Assembly (NCBI GenBank): GCA_945892985.1
Contig: CAMDDU010000015.1
Coordinates: forward strand, 9,017-73,016
Source: Bordetella parapertussis
Lineage (GTDB): Bacteria > Pseudomonadota > Gammaproteobacteria > Burkholderiales > SG8-39
Reading direction: 5' to 3'
Length of the DNA stretch: 64,000 nt
Shown: one piece after another, positions 35,010-45,143 of the stretch
Layout: each line of letters opens with the position of its first letter
How positions within the stretch are numbered: position 1 is the stretch's first letter
Position numbers and translations under genes: made by a program
The notes under the pieces: model-generated
Told to the model about the DNA's origin: nothing
What the model saw: only the letters and a program-made list of their open reading frames with translations
Database searches by the model: none

Positions 35010-36197
35010 TTAGATGGCCTTGAGCATTTTTGCCGTGGCCAGCGTGTAGATTTTTGTCGCCGCCTCGATGTCGGACAGCGCCAGCGATTCGTTCGGCTGG
35101 TACACCGGTTCGCCGCCGGGTCCGAAAATCACCGTGTCGCACAAGTGGCCGACCGTTGCCGTGTCCGCCAGCCAGGAACCGCCAACCAGTTTGGGCGTCC
35201 TGCCCATCACCGCTGTCCAGGACTCGACCAGAGCCTGCACAATGGGCGCCTTGGGGTCGACCATGAAGGAGTTTTTCTTGTCCGCCACAACAAGCTCGAG
35301 CTTGATCGACGGATCGCGCGCAACGGCCTTGTCGAGCGCGCCCTGCAGCAGCGCCTGCACCTCCTCGAGCGGCACGCCCGGCTGCGGACGCGTGTCGACG
35401 CGGATGGTGCAGCGATCGGGAATCATCGACGGGCCGCCCGGGAACAGGCCGCCGTAAATGCGGCCAACCGCGGTGAACAGTTCCGCCCCTACCAACGCTT
35501 CCATTTCCTTGCTGATTTTCGGAAAGTACTTAAGCTTGGACAACTCTTCGACCACCGGCAGCATTTTCTCGATGGCGTTGGTCGCATGGTATTTATGGCA
35601 GGTGTGGGCCGAATGGCCTATCGTGGAAATGTCAAAGTAATAACGGCCGCGGTGCGCAATGTAAATCTGCATGTCGGTCAGCTCACCGAGGATGCTGCAA
35701 TCAAACTTGTGGCGGTTGAACAAGTCGATGGCACCGGTCTGCTGGCCCATGTGGTCGGCGACACCGCAGAAGGTCAGCTTTCCGGAGAATTCGACACCCG
35801 AATCGATGATGGTTTTCATTGCGCCTATCAATGAACCGAGGCCGGCCTTCATGTCCATGACCCCATGGCCGAACAACCGGTTGTTTTCGATGGCGCCGTC
35901 AAACGGATCGCGCTCCCAGCCTTCGCACACTGGCTTGGTGTCAAGGTGGCCGGTAAGCAGCAGGTGCGGACCGGGACGCCCGCTGTCGACCTGCCATAGC
36001 GTATTCAGGCGCCCGGGCGAAACCTCCTCGCACCAGACCTTGCCGACACCGAAGGATTTGAGCCGCGCCTCGAGCTGCTGGGCGAGCACGCCCTCCTTGC
36101 CGGAAGTACTGTCGGTACGCACCATTTCCTGGGTGACGCCGATGGCTGCGTCGGTGGCCAGCACTTTGTCGAATTTGTCGAGAATAGCTGTGCTCAC
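35010..36197 (-). CDS. M20-family metallopeptidase/deacylase (ArgE/DapE-like)
   Basis: GTG at 36197 lies 6 nt after AGGAG. LLLTGHLDT and GHGVMDMKAG motifs. Confidence 0.85.
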   Translation of the reverse strand: MSTAILDKFDKVLATDAAIGVTQEMVRTDSTSGKEGVLAQQLEARLKSFGVGKVWCEEVSPGRLNTLWQVDSGRPGPHLLLTGHLDTKPVCEGWERDPFDGAIENNRLFGHGVMDMKAGLGSLIGAMKTIIDSGVEFSGKLTFCGVADHMGQQTGAIDLFNRHKFDCSILGELTDMQIYIAHRGRYYFDISTIGHSAHTCHKYHATNAIEKMLPVVEELSKLKYFPKISKEMEALVGAELFTAVGRIYGGLFPGGPSMIPDRCTIRVDTRPQPGVPLEEVQALLQGALDKAVARDPSIKLELVVADKKNSFMVDPKAPIVQALVESWTAVMGRTPKLVGGSWLADTATVGHLCDTVIFGPGGEPVYQPNESLALSDIEAATKIYTLATAKMLKAI

Positions 36198-36421
36198 GTT
36201 GACTCCTGATAACTTGATAAGAATTTCAAAAAACCATTTATCTCCAGCCACTCAGGGACTACAAATACTCGCCTGGCGGCGTCTTGGTAGGCTTGTCGTG
36301 AGCGACGCCAGGAAAGAAAATTTATGGCAAAACTCACACACCGAAGGCATTTTTAGTATATTGTATTTTTTATTTATTGCAAGCCAAGTTTCTTCAAACC
36401 CAACCGCCAGAGAGGCAGGAC

Positions 36422-37819
36422 ATGCCGCAAACCGCCGACATACTGATAGAGCACGCCATCGTACTGACCATGGATGCGACGCGCCGCATCCTCACCGATG
36501 GCGCGGTTGCGATACTCGGCGACCGCATCGTTGCAGTCGGCAAGACCGCCGAAATCAAAAAGGCTTGGGCAGGCCGCAAGGTCATAGACGGCAGCAATCG
36601 CCTGGTGATGCCCGGCCTTGTTGACGGCCACGCCCACCTCAACGAAATCGCCCGTGGCCTGATCCCCGACAACCTGAAAACCAGCGACTGGCTCAAGGAC
36701 TGGTGCTACCCCTACCTCGCCGCGACCAAGCCGGAAGACGAATACTGGTACTCGCAATGCCTGATGGCCGAAATGATTCGCAGCGGCACCACCTGCTTTG
36801 CTGAACCGGGCTGCAGCTACCTGCCCTCGGTGGTGAAATCCATAGAGAACTCCGGCATGCGTGCCAGCACCGGCAGCTGGGTGTGGGACCACGGCGGGCC
36901 AGACGGCCAGAAGTGTCCCGAGTACTTCCTCAAAATGAACCTGAAGGAATGCCTCGACCTGACCGAGAACAACATCAAGTCCTTCAACGGCGCGGCCAAC
37001 GGCCGCATCAAAATTTTCGCCACCATTGAGGGCGTGGGCACCTGCTCCGACGAACTGATGCAGGGCACCAAGGAAATCGCCGACAAGTACAAGACCTCGA
37101 CGCTGATGCACAAGGCCAGTTCGCGCGAGGAAGCCGCCGCCGAAATGCGCGCCACCGGACACCGCCCGGTCGAGCACATGTACAAGATCGGCGTGCTCGG
37201 CCCCAATGTGTATCTCAACCATATGACCGCGGTCGATCCCTACGAGGTGGACTACCTCGCCGAAACCGACACCAAGGTCTGCCAGAACCCGCCGGCCGCG
37301 CTCAAGCTCGCCAAGGGCACGACGCAAATGGGCAAGTTCATCGAAATGCGCAAGGCCGGCGTCACTGTCGCGCTCGGCTGCGACGGCGTGAACTCCGGGG
37401 ACAGCAAGGACATGTTCCGCACCATGTACCTCGCCGCAACACTGTCCAAGGATTCGCGCCTTGACCCCGGCGTAATCACCGCCGAAGAGGTCATAGAAAT
37501 GGCCACCCTCGACGGCTACCGCGCAATGGGCTGGGAAGATGACCTGGGCGTGATCGAGGCCGGCAAAAAAGCCGACCTGATCCTGATCGACATCGACCGC
37601 CCCGAGTTTGTGCCGACCTACAACTACATCTACAGCCTGGTGTATTCGGCCAACGGCGATTGCGTCGACACCGTGATGGTCGACGGCAGGATACTGATGG
37701 AAGGCCGTGAACTGACCACCATAAATATGGAAGAAGTGCGCGCGCATTGCCGCGAACTGGCGCCGCAACTGCTCGCCCGCTCCAACGTCAAACCCGTCTC
37801 CCGCTGGCCGGTAGTCTGA
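36422..37819 (+). CDS. amidohydrolase, Atz/Trz / SsnA-type chlorohydrolase-deaminase family
   Basis: Start at MPQTADILIEHAIVLTMD. PGLVDGHAHL, and later GCDG. Confidence 0.85.
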   Translation: MPQTADILIEHAIVLTMDATRRILTDGAVAILGDRIVAVGKTAEIKKAWAGRKVIDGSNRLVMPGLVDGHAHLNEIARGLIPDNLKTSDWLKDWCYPYLAATKPEDEYWYSQCLMAEMIRSGTTCFAEPGCSYLPSVVKSIENSGMRASTGSWVWDHGGPDGQKCPEYFLKMNLKECLDLTENNIKSFNGAANGRIKIFATIEGVGTCSDELMQGTKEIADKYKTSTLMHKASSREEAAAEMRATGHRPVEHMYKIGVLGPNVYLNHMTAVDPYEVDYLAETDTKVCQNPPAALKLAKGTTQMGKFIEMRKAGVTVALGCDGVNSGDSKDMFRTMYLAATLSKDSRLDPGVITAEEVIEMATLDGYRAMGWEDDLGVIEAGKKADLILIDIDRPEFVPTYNYIYSLVYSANGDCVDTVMVDGRILMEGRELTTINMEEVRAHCRELAPQLLARSNVKPVSRWPVV

Positions 37820-37842
37820 ACTCGGGGCGTTCGAACTGCGCC

Positions 37843-40194
37843 ATGCCGGAGGCAACGGGTACCGGCCTGCACATCGGCCGGCGCGTTCTACGCGTCGAAG
37901 ACGAGCGCCTGCTAAAAGGGATGGGGCAGTACACCGCCGACATCACCTTTGCGCGCCTGGCCCACCTCGCGGTCGTGCGTTCCGACCACGCTTCGGCGGA
38001 AATCATTTCAATCGACACCAGCGCCGCACTGGCCATGCCGGGTGTGCTTGGCGTGTGGACCGGTGGCGATGCCGCCGCCGACTCACTGGGCGGCATACCC
38101 TGGGAAGACCGCCCTCCCCCTTCGGACACAGCGCGCGCGGCCGGACTGCCGCCCGCTGGCAATGCGTCCGTGGCCATGCCGCAACCGGTGCTGGCCCAGC
38201 GCCGCTTACGCTTTCAGGGCGAGGGGGTTGCCATCGTCGTAGCCGAAAGCCATGAACTGGCCCGCGACGCCGCCGAACGTGTCGTCGTGGAGTACGCAGT
38301 CCTCAATGCGGCCGTGCGGCCGGCGGCCCCCGGACCGGCGGTCTGGGAACAGTTCCCGGACAATATCGCTTTCTCATTTTGCTGCGGCGATGCCGCGGCA
38401 ACCACTTCTGCGTTTGCGGGCGCGGCGCGCACCGTCCGCGTGGCGGTGGACGTTCCACGCCTGATTCAGAACCCCATCGAGCCGCGCACCTACGTCGGCG
38501 AGTGGGATGCCGCGAGCGGCCGTTACACACTGCATGCCGCGGCCGGCAAGCCGCAGGCTGTGGGTCGTACCATCGCGCGTGACATTTTCAGGATTGCGCA
38601 AGACCGGGTGCGCGTCATCACGCGCGACGTAGGCGGCGGCTTCGGCTCGAAGAACATCCTCTACCCGGAGGAGGTGCTGGTGTTGTGGGCAGCGCGCAAG
38701 CTCGGCCGGCCCGTGCGCTGGCTGGGCTCGCGCTCCGAGAACTTCCTCACCGATACACAGGCGCGCGACCAGTCGGCAGTGCTCGATCTCGGCTTCGATG
38801 CCGTCGGTCGCATACTCGGGCTGCGCGCGGCGGTCACCAGCAACCTGGGCGCCTACCTCAGCCCGAAGGGCGCGATCCCACCGATCATCGTATCGAAAGT
38901 CCTTACCGGGACCTATGTGGTCCCGGCAGTCGAGCTTGAAGTGAAGGCCTGGTACACCAACACGCCGCCGACCGGCCCCTACCGTGGCGCCGGCACACCC
39001 GAGGCAATATTCATGATCGAGTACGCCATGGACTGCGCGGCGCGAGAACTCGGCATGTCGCCGGCGGAACTTCGCCGCCGCAACCTGATCCCCGCCACCA
39101 CCAAACCGTATTCCACCAGCCTCGGCGTGCACTTTGATTCCTGTGACCTCGCAGCTGCGCTGGTTGCCGCCGAGCAGGCCGCCGACGTTGCCGGGTTTGC
39201 ATCGCGGCGCATACAAAGCGCGGCCCGGGGACGGTTGCGCGGCCTCGGCTACGCCAGCATGATCGAATGGGCGGGCATTGGCATTACGGAGCGGGCCATG
39301 CTCTCCTGCCTGCCTGACGGTACGGTCGTCGCACGTGTGGGCACCATGTCGCAGGGCCAGTCGCACCAGACCGTCTACACCCAGCTCGTCGCCGACCTCC
39401 TGGGCATCACTGCCGCGCGCATCCGGATCGTGCAAGGGGACACCGACGAGATGCCTGATGCCATAGGCACCGGCGCGTCCCGCTCGCTCACCGTCGCCGG
39501 AAGCGCACTGCTTGCCGCAACGGGAAAGCTGATCGAGGCCGGGCGTACCGGCGCCGCCGACCTGCTCGAGGTGTCGGCGGATGACATTTCATTTGCTGAT
39601 GGCCGTTACACGATCAGCGGCACCGACCGCGGAGCCAGCCTGGCGGAAGTGGCCGCCCATGCGATCAAGGCGGGCGCTGACGCGCATTTCGGGCTGTACG
39701 CCGAGGACCGGTTCACGCCCGCCGATTCGACCTGCCCCAACGGCTGTCACATCGCTGAAGTAGAAATCGACCCGGAAACCGGCGTCGTCACGCTGCAGAA
39801 CTACACCATCGTGCAGGACGTCGGACGCGCAATCAATCCAATGGTGGTCGAAGCGCAATTGATGGGGGGCGTCACGCAGGGCATCGGCCAGGCCCTTTTC
39901 GAGCGCGCCGTGTTCGATCCGGAATCAGGGCAATTACTATCCGGCACATTCATGGACTACGCAATGCCGCGTGCCGACGGCGTCCCCGCCTTCACCGTCA
40001 AGCTGCTGGAGGTGCCCAGTCCGCATGCGCCCATGGGCATGAAGTCCTGCGGCGAAATCGGCGCAACCGGCGGGCCGGCGACCACCTTCAATGCGGTAAT
40101 GGATGCGCTCGCAGGCCTCGGCGTTCGCGATCTGCGCATGCCTGCAACACCCGAACGGGTGCTGCAGGCAATACGCAACGCACCGACCCCTTAG
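37843..40194 (+). CDS. xanthine dehydrogenase/CO dehydrogenase-family molybdopterin-binding large subunit (no adjacent FeS/FAD subunits)
   Basis: 783 aa. RVEDERLLKGMGQYTADI N-terminus, GGGFGSK, and C-terminal QDVGRAINP...GGVTQGIGQAL...GEIGATG. Confidence 0.9.
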   Translation: MPEATGTGLHIGRRVLRVEDERLLKGMGQYTADITFARLAHLAVVRSDHASAEIISIDTSAALAMPGVLGVWTGGDAAADSLGGIPWEDRPPPSDTARAAGLPPAGNASVAMPQPVLAQRRLRFQGEGVAIVVAESHELARDAAERVVVEYAVLNAAVRPAAPGPAVWEQFPDNIAFSFCCGDAAATTSAFAGAARTVRVAVDVPRLIQNPIEPRTYVGEWDAASGRYTLHAAAGKPQAVGRTIARDIFRIAQDRVRVITRDVGGGFGSKNILYPEEVLVLWAARKLGRPVRWLGSRSENFLTDTQARDQSAVLDLGFDAVGRILGLRAAVTSNLGAYLSPKGAIPPIIVSKVLTGTYVVPAVELEVKAWYTNTPPTGPYRGAGTPEAIFMIEYAMDCAARELGMSPAELRRRNLIPATTKPYSTSLGVHFDSCDLAAALVAAEQAADVAGFASRRIQSAARGRLRGLGYASMIEWAGIGITERAMLSCLPDGTVVARVGTMSQGQSHQTVYTQLVADLLGITAARIRIVQGDTDEMPDAIGTGASRSLTVAGSALLAATGKLIEAGRTGAADLLEVSADDISFADGRYTISGTDRGASLAEVAAHAIKAGADAHFGLYAEDRFTPADSTCPNGCHIAEVEIDPETGVVTLQNYTIVQDVGRAINPMVVEAQLMGGVTQGIGQALFERAVFDPESGQLLSGTFMDYAMPRADGVPAFTVKLLEVPSPHAPMGMKSCGEIGATGGPATTFNAVMDALAGLGVRDLRMPATPERVLQAIRNAPTP

Positions 40195-40211
40195 CGGATC
40201 GCGCGCGTCTC

Positions 40212-41105
40212 CTAGCTCTTGGCGTTGGGGTCGAGCAGCACTGCGGGCTGCTCGGTGCGCTTATCGCGCAGCGTCCAGCGGTCCGCATCGACAGTCGCCA
40301 TGAAATCCTGCAGGTGCTGGTTGAAGAGCCCCGGATCCTCGAGGTTGATCGTGTGACCGGCCTTGGGCATCACCACCAGCCCCGCAGATGGCACGGTGCG
40401 CTTGAGGAAGGCGCCGGTACCCAGCGCCGGGCGGTCTTCATCTCCGTGGATGATCAACGTCGGCACTATCATCTTCTTGAGGTCCGCCTCAAGCTCGAAC
40501 GGCGAAGGCCTGCGCATCTGCACCCCACGCAGCGTCATCGCAGCGCCCTTCTCGGAATGCTCGCTGAGCTGGTCGATAAATTCTTTGAAGCCGCGCGGGT
40601 CCTTCGCCTGCAACTGTTCGCGCCCCGGCCCCGCCCCGTAGATAGGCGCGAATTTCTTTGCGCCTTCGTTTTCCCAGCGCTGCGCCACCACCTCAACCTC
40701 TGCGCGAAACTGCGCCGCCTTCTCTGGCTCGGCACCGAAACCAACGCCACCAATGACAACCGAAAGGGCTCGATCCGGGTAGATGATGCCGAAGTTCATC
40801 GCGGCAAAGCCACCCATCGACAGGCCGACGACGTGCGCTTTGGCGATTTTCAGGTGGTCAAGAACGTCCTTGGCGTCATCGACGGCGCGGCGCTGGCTGT
40901 ATTTTTCCAGGTTGTCCGGTACCTCCGATGGCGGATAACCGCGCGCGCAGAACGTGATGCAGCGATAGCGCCGGCTGAAGTAGCGAACCTGCGTTTCCCA
41001 GGCGCGATGGTCGCCGGAAAACTCGTGGATGAAGATGATGGGGATACCGCTCCCCGTTTCCTCGAAGTACAGCTTTACGCCATCGGATGCAGTCATGTAC
41101 GGCAT
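40212..41105 (-). CDS. alpha/beta hydrolase (paralogue of 32604..33461)
   Basis: 297 aa. GLSMGG elbow, and HEFSGDHRAWE shared with the paralogue. Confidence 0.85.
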   Translation of the reverse strand: MPYMTASDGVKLYFEETGSGIPIIFIHEFSGDHRAWETQVRYFSRRYRCITFCARGYPPSEVPDNLEKYSQRRAVDDAKDVLDHLKIAKAHVVGLSMGGFAAMNFGIIYPDRALSVVIGGVGFGAEPEKAAQFRAEVEVVAQRWENEGAKKFAPIYGAGPGREQLQAKDPRGFKEFIDQLSEHSEKGAAMTLRGVQMRRPSPFELEADLKKMIVPTLIIHGDEDRPALGTGAFLKRTVPSAGLVVMPKAGHTINLEDPGLFNQHLQDFMATVDADRWTLRDKRTEQPAVLLDPNAKS

Positions 41106-41155
41106 GGTGTCTCCCTGTTCAAAATTCGTCCGATTGAACCCTGTTTACCGCGCAC

Positions 41156-42370
41156 CTAAAGCGCGCCCGCCGCACGCAGGCGCGCAATGTCCTCTGCAGA
41201 ATACCCGACGGAGGCCAGCACCGAATCAGTGTCAGCCCCGAGCGCCGGCGCCGGGCGCTCCGGCCAGGCTGTCTGTGCCGCCCCATCGCCCATGCGTATC
41301 GGCTGCGACACGAAGCGCCCGCCCCCGGCAGCCGCGATCATGTTTCGCGCCAGGACTTGGGGGTCGGCCACCACGTCCGGGATCGAATTGATCGGGCCGG
41401 CGGGTACATCGGCCTTCTCGAGCGCAGCCAGCCACGCGGCACGGCCGCGCTTGATGAAACATTCGTTCAGGATCGGCTCGAGCACGGCAATGTTGTGCAC
41501 ACGTGCATTGCCATCGACGAACAACGGCTCCTTGAGCAGGTCTTCGCGGCCAAGCACGTCGCACAGGCGTTCCCACTGCGGCTCCGTATCGACGCAGACC
41601 ACGATGGGCTCATCGCTGGTCGAAAAGGCCTGGAACGGGGCGATCAGCGGATGGCGGCTGCCGATGCGCCGCGGTACGTCGCCGGCGTTCAGGAAGCGCG
41701 CCACCGCGTTTTCAAGCAATGCAAGCTGGGCGTCAAGCATGGCAACATCGACGAAAGTGCCGCGTCCGGTGTGTTGGCGCGAGTGCAGCGCCGACAGGAT
41801 GCCCACCGTCGCAAAAAGGCCGGCCGCCATGTCGCCGATTGATGCACCAACGCGGACCGGGCCGCGCCCCTCCTCTCCGGTAATGCTCATGGTGCCGGAC
41901 ATGGCCTGAATTACGGCGTCGAAGGCGGGTCGACTGCTGTAGGGACCGGTCTGCCCAAAGCCTGAAACCGATGCGTACACGATTCGCGGATTGACGGCCG
42001 CCACGGCGGCGTAGTCAAGACCCAGCCTCGCCATCACGCCGGGACGGTTGTTTTCAAGCAGTACGTCGGCACCGGCAACCAGCCTCAGAAATGCCGCCTT
42101 TCCTTCGGGGTGCTTCAGGTTCAGCGTGACGCTGCGCTTGTTGCGGTTGATGCTTAGAAAGTAAATGCTCTCACCCTGCAGGAAGGGGCCGATTTTGCGG
42201 GTGAAATCACCGCGCCCGGGAACCTCGACCTTGATGACATCCGCGCCGAGCGCCGCCATGATCCAGGTCGAATAGGGCCCAGCCAGCATGTGACTGAGGT
42301 CGACCACCTTGATCCCGGCCAGCGGCAGGGTGCCGGCGCTCCCGGGCTGCGCTGCAGCGCTCATGCTCAT
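41156..42370 (-). CDS. family III CoA-transferase (CaiB/BaiF)
   Basis: 404 aa. GIKVVDLSHMLAGPY N-terminus. Confidence 0.9.
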   Translation of the reverse strand: MSMSAAAQPGSAGTLPLAGIKVVDLSHMLAGPYSTWIMAALGADVIKVEVPGRGDFTRKIGPFLQGESIYFLSINRNKRSVTLNLKHPEGKAAFLRLVAGADVLLENNRPGVMARLGLDYAAVAAVNPRIVYASVSGFGQTGPYSSRPAFDAVIQAMSGTMSITGEEGRGPVRVGASIGDMAAGLFATVGILSALHSRQHTGRGTFVDVAMLDAQLALLENAVARFLNAGDVPRRIGSRHPLIAPFQAFSTSDEPIVVCVDTEPQWERLCDVLGREDLLKEPLFVDGNARVHNIAVLEPILNECFIKRGRAAWLAALEKADVPAGPINSIPDVVADPQVLARNMIAAAGGGRFVSQPIRMGDGAAQTAWPERPAPALGADTDSVLASVGYSAEDIARLRAAGAL

Positions 42371-43146
42371 TTTCCCTTGAAGTCGGGCTTGCGCTTGGCG
42401 AAAAATGCATCCAGGCCCTCGCGAAAGTCGCCGCTGCTAAACACTTCCTCGTACCACTTGCGCCCCGCGTAGACGTCGTTCGACGGCGCCGTGTATTCCT
42501 CGATGATTTCCTTGGTCACCTTGTGTGTCAGCGGCGCATTGTCGGCCAGCACCCGTGCGAAAGCCTCGGTGGCCTCCTGCAATTGCGCCGGCTCAACGAC
42601 CTCGTCGACGAGCCCGATCTCCAGCGCCCGCTTTGCGTCCAGCAGTTTGCCGGTCATCATGATCCACTTGGCTTTGGCCGGGCCGACAAGGTGCGCGAGG
42701 CGAAGCACGTCCGGGACAGGCGCAACGAATCCGAACTTTGCCACGGGTACGCCAAAACGCGCTGCCGTGCTGGCAATGCGAAAATCACAGGCCACCGCAA
42801 CGATGCAGCCGCTGCCGACGGCGTAGCCCTGGATCATCGCGATCACCGGCTTGGGGAGCTTTCGTATCGCTGTCTGCATCAACTCGGCGTTGGCGTCATA
42901 GTCAAGCGCCGACTGCGGCGATGCCAGCGACTCCGTGAATTCGTTGATGTCCGCCCCGGAGACAAACACCTTTTCACCGGCGCCGCGAAGCACCACCACC
43001 CTGACCGCGGTGTCCAGCGCGAGTTCATTGAGGCGATCGGCGATCTCGCGGCACAACGCGGCGGACAGCGCATTGCGCACTTCCGGCCGGTCGACCGTCA
43101 GCCAGGCGACGCCGGCTCCAACCTCCAGGTGCAGTTCCTTGCTCAT
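42367..43146 (-). CDS. enoyl-CoA hydratase/isomerase (crotonase) family
   Basis: 259 aa. VVVLRGAGEKVFVSGADI, and GYAVGSGCIVA oxyanion-hole region. Confidence 0.9.
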   Translation of the reverse strand: MSKELHLEVGAGVAWLTVDRPEVRNALSAALCREIADRLNELALDTAVRVVVLRGAGEKVFVSGADINEFTESLASPQSALDYDANAELMQTAIRKLPKPVIAMIQGYAVGSGCIVAVACDFRIASTAARFGVPVAKFGFVAPVPDVLRLAHLVGPAKAKWIMMTGKLLDAKRALEIGLVDEVVEPAQLQEATEAFARVLADNAPLTHKVTKEIIEEYTAPSNDVYAGRKWYEEVFSSGDFREGLDAFFAKRKPDFKGK

Positions 43147-43523
43147 GCCCGCTTCTGGATCAGCTCGAGCTGGATGCCATCAGGCGCGTAGACGTAGGCG
43201 ATCCGAACCGGACCGGCGTCATACGGTGCCGCGGCCACCTCGACGCCGTCGGTCTTCATCCGTGCAACGAGGTCGTCGATCCCGTCGAGGAATATACCGA
43301 TATGGTCAAAGCCCCGGCGTGGCCCCCGCGCCGGATCGGCCAGCACCATGTCGCCACGCTTGGGCGACAGGGCGACGATGGTTTCGCCGAGTTTCATGCG
43401 GATGATCAGCCAGTCGGGGAACGGAACCCGCGACTCAACGCTGGCGCCGAAATATTTTTCGAAAAACGACAGGGTCGCCTCCGGGTCGGTACAGTAAAAA
43501 TGGACATGCTCAAAACGGGCCAT
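43143..43523 (-). CDS. VOC family protein (glyoxalase / methylmalonyl-CoA-epimerase-like)
   Basis: Start at MARFEHVHFYC. 126 aa. Confidence 0.75.
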   Translation of the reverse strand: MARFEHVHFYCTDPEATLSFFEKYFGASVESRVPFPDWLIIRMKLGETIVALSPKRGDMVLADPARGPRRGFDHIGIFLDGIDDLVARMKTDGVEVAAAPYDAGPVRIAYVYAPDGIQLELIQKRA

Positions 43524-43549
43524 GGTGTTCTCCTTAGTCTTCTCCGCGG

Positions 43550-44353
43550 CTAGCGCCCGCCGGCCACGGCAATGCATTCCCGGGTGACATAGCTACCGCC
43601 CGGACCGGCAAGAAATGCGACGACATCGGCCACCTCTTCGACCGTCCCGGTGCGCTCCAGCGGCACTTCCGCCCGCATCCGGCGGCGCATTGCCACCGAA
43701 CGGTGAATCACCTCCGACAGATCGGTCGCAACGTATCCTGGTTCGACCACGTTCACGGTAATGCCCGAAGGGGCCAGTTCACGCCCCATTGACGAGCAAA
43801 GCCCCCGCAACGCCGCCTTGGACGCGGCGTAATGCGGACCAATGTTCCCTCCCAGGCGCGCCGCTACGGAGCCGATGAACACGATGCGCCCGCTCCCTGA
43901 GCGCGCCAGCATCGGCGCAGCAGCCTGGGCGCAGAAAAAGGCGCCCGTTGCGTTGGTTTCCATAGTGCGTCTCCACATCGACGGCGTGACCGCTGCGAGC
44001 GAGCGTGCCAGCGGGGCGACACCGGCATTGGCGACTAGGATGTCGAGACCTCCGGCATCTCGCCGGACGCGTGCCAGCATGTTTCGAACCTGAGCAGCAT
44101 CGGAAACGTCGGCCCGCACCGCCTGCGCAGCTCCGCCGCTGGCAATGATTTCGGCCACGCACCCCAGCGCGGCCACACGATCGCTGCGGTAGTTGACGAA
44201 CACCATGGCACCGTCACGGGCCAGGCGGCAGGCAATCGCACGCCCGATCCCGCGTCCGGCCCCCGTAACCAGCGCAATGCGGCGCCCCGGCGCGACGGCA
44301 CCCTTGCGCCTGCCAGCGGGAATCTTCACCCTGCGTTCAGCCCTCGCCACCAT
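43550..44353 (-). CDS. SDR-family oxidoreductase (canonical)
   Basis: TGAGRGIGRA, NAG, and an intact YAASK catalytic motif. Start position uncertain (overlaps the upstream gene by 17 nt). Confidence 0.85.
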   Translation of the reverse strand: MVARAERRVKIPAGRRKGAVAPGRRIALVTGAGRGIGRAIACRLARDGAMVFVNYRSDRVAALGCVAEIIASGGAAQAVRADVSDAAQVRNMLARVRRDAGGLDILVANAGVAPLARSLAAVTPSMWRRTMETNATGAFFCAQAAAPMLARSGSGRIVFIGSVAARLGGNIGPHYAASKAALRGLCSSMGRELAPSGITVNVVEPGYVATDLSEVIHRSVAMRRRMRAEVPLERTGTVEEVADVVAFLAGPGGSYVTRECIAVAGGR

Positions 44354-45143
44354 TCGCCTCGCGGCTCGCGGCGAACGCTTTCCTCGCCTCTTCCTCCATC
44401 AACGAACCGACATGCCTGCGAATGGCGTTGAACGCCTCCGAGGTTACGTCCCGGGGACGCGGGAGAACGACCTCGACGATTTCCTTGATGCTGCCCGGCC
44501 GCGCGGTCATGATCACCACGCGATCCCCGAGCAGGATCGCTTCTTCAATATTGTGCGTGATGAAAATCACCGCGCGCCGGTCGCTGCTCCACACATTCAA
44601 CAGTTCTTCCTGCATCAGCGTGCGGGTTTGGGCATCAAGCGCCGCGAATGGCTCGTCCATCAGCAGTATCTTCGGGTCGTTCACCATGACCCGTGCCAAC
44701 GCCACGCGCTGGCGCATTCCGCCGGACAACTCCTGCGGATAGCGGTTCTCGAAGCCGGACAGACCGACCGCGGCGATCTGCCTGCGCGTGCGCTCGGCGC
44801 GTTCCGCCGCCGGGACGCCCCTTTCGCGCAGACCGAACTCCACGTTAGCCGTCACGTTGAGCCATGGGAACAGGGCGTATTCCTGGAACACCACGCCGCG
44901 ATCCGGCCCGGGCCCAGAGATGCTGGCACCGTCGAGACTCAGGCTGCCGCCGGTCTCCTTTTCGAATCCTGCAACGATGTTCAGGAAACTGGTCTTGCCG
45001 CAGCCGCTGGGGCCGAGGATGGTTACAAATTCGTCATCAGCGATATCAAGGTCAAGGCCGGCAATCGCCACGACCTCTTCCTTGCGCCTAATGTCGAAAT
45101 AACTCTTCTTAAGGCCGCGGCAAACGATGCGATGGGTACTCAT
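44337..45143 (-). CDS. ABC transporter ATP-binding protein (NitT/TauT family)
   Basis: Start at MSTHRIV, forming an ATGA overlap with the permease stop. GPSGCGKTS, LSGGMRQR, LLMDEPF. Confidence 0.9.
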   Translation of the reverse strand: MSTHRIVCRGLKKSYFDIRRKEEVVAIAGLDLDIADDEFVTILGPSGCGKTSFLNIVAGFEKETGGSLSLDGASISGPGPDRGVVFQEYALFPWLNVTANVEFGLRERGVPAAERAERTRRQIAAVGLSGFENRYPQELSGGMRQRVALARVMVNDPKILLMDEPFAALDAQTRTLMQEELLNVWSSDRRAVIFITHNIEEAILLGDRVVIMTARPGSIKEIVEVVLPRPRDVTSEAFNAIRRHVGSLMEEEARKAFAASREANGGEG

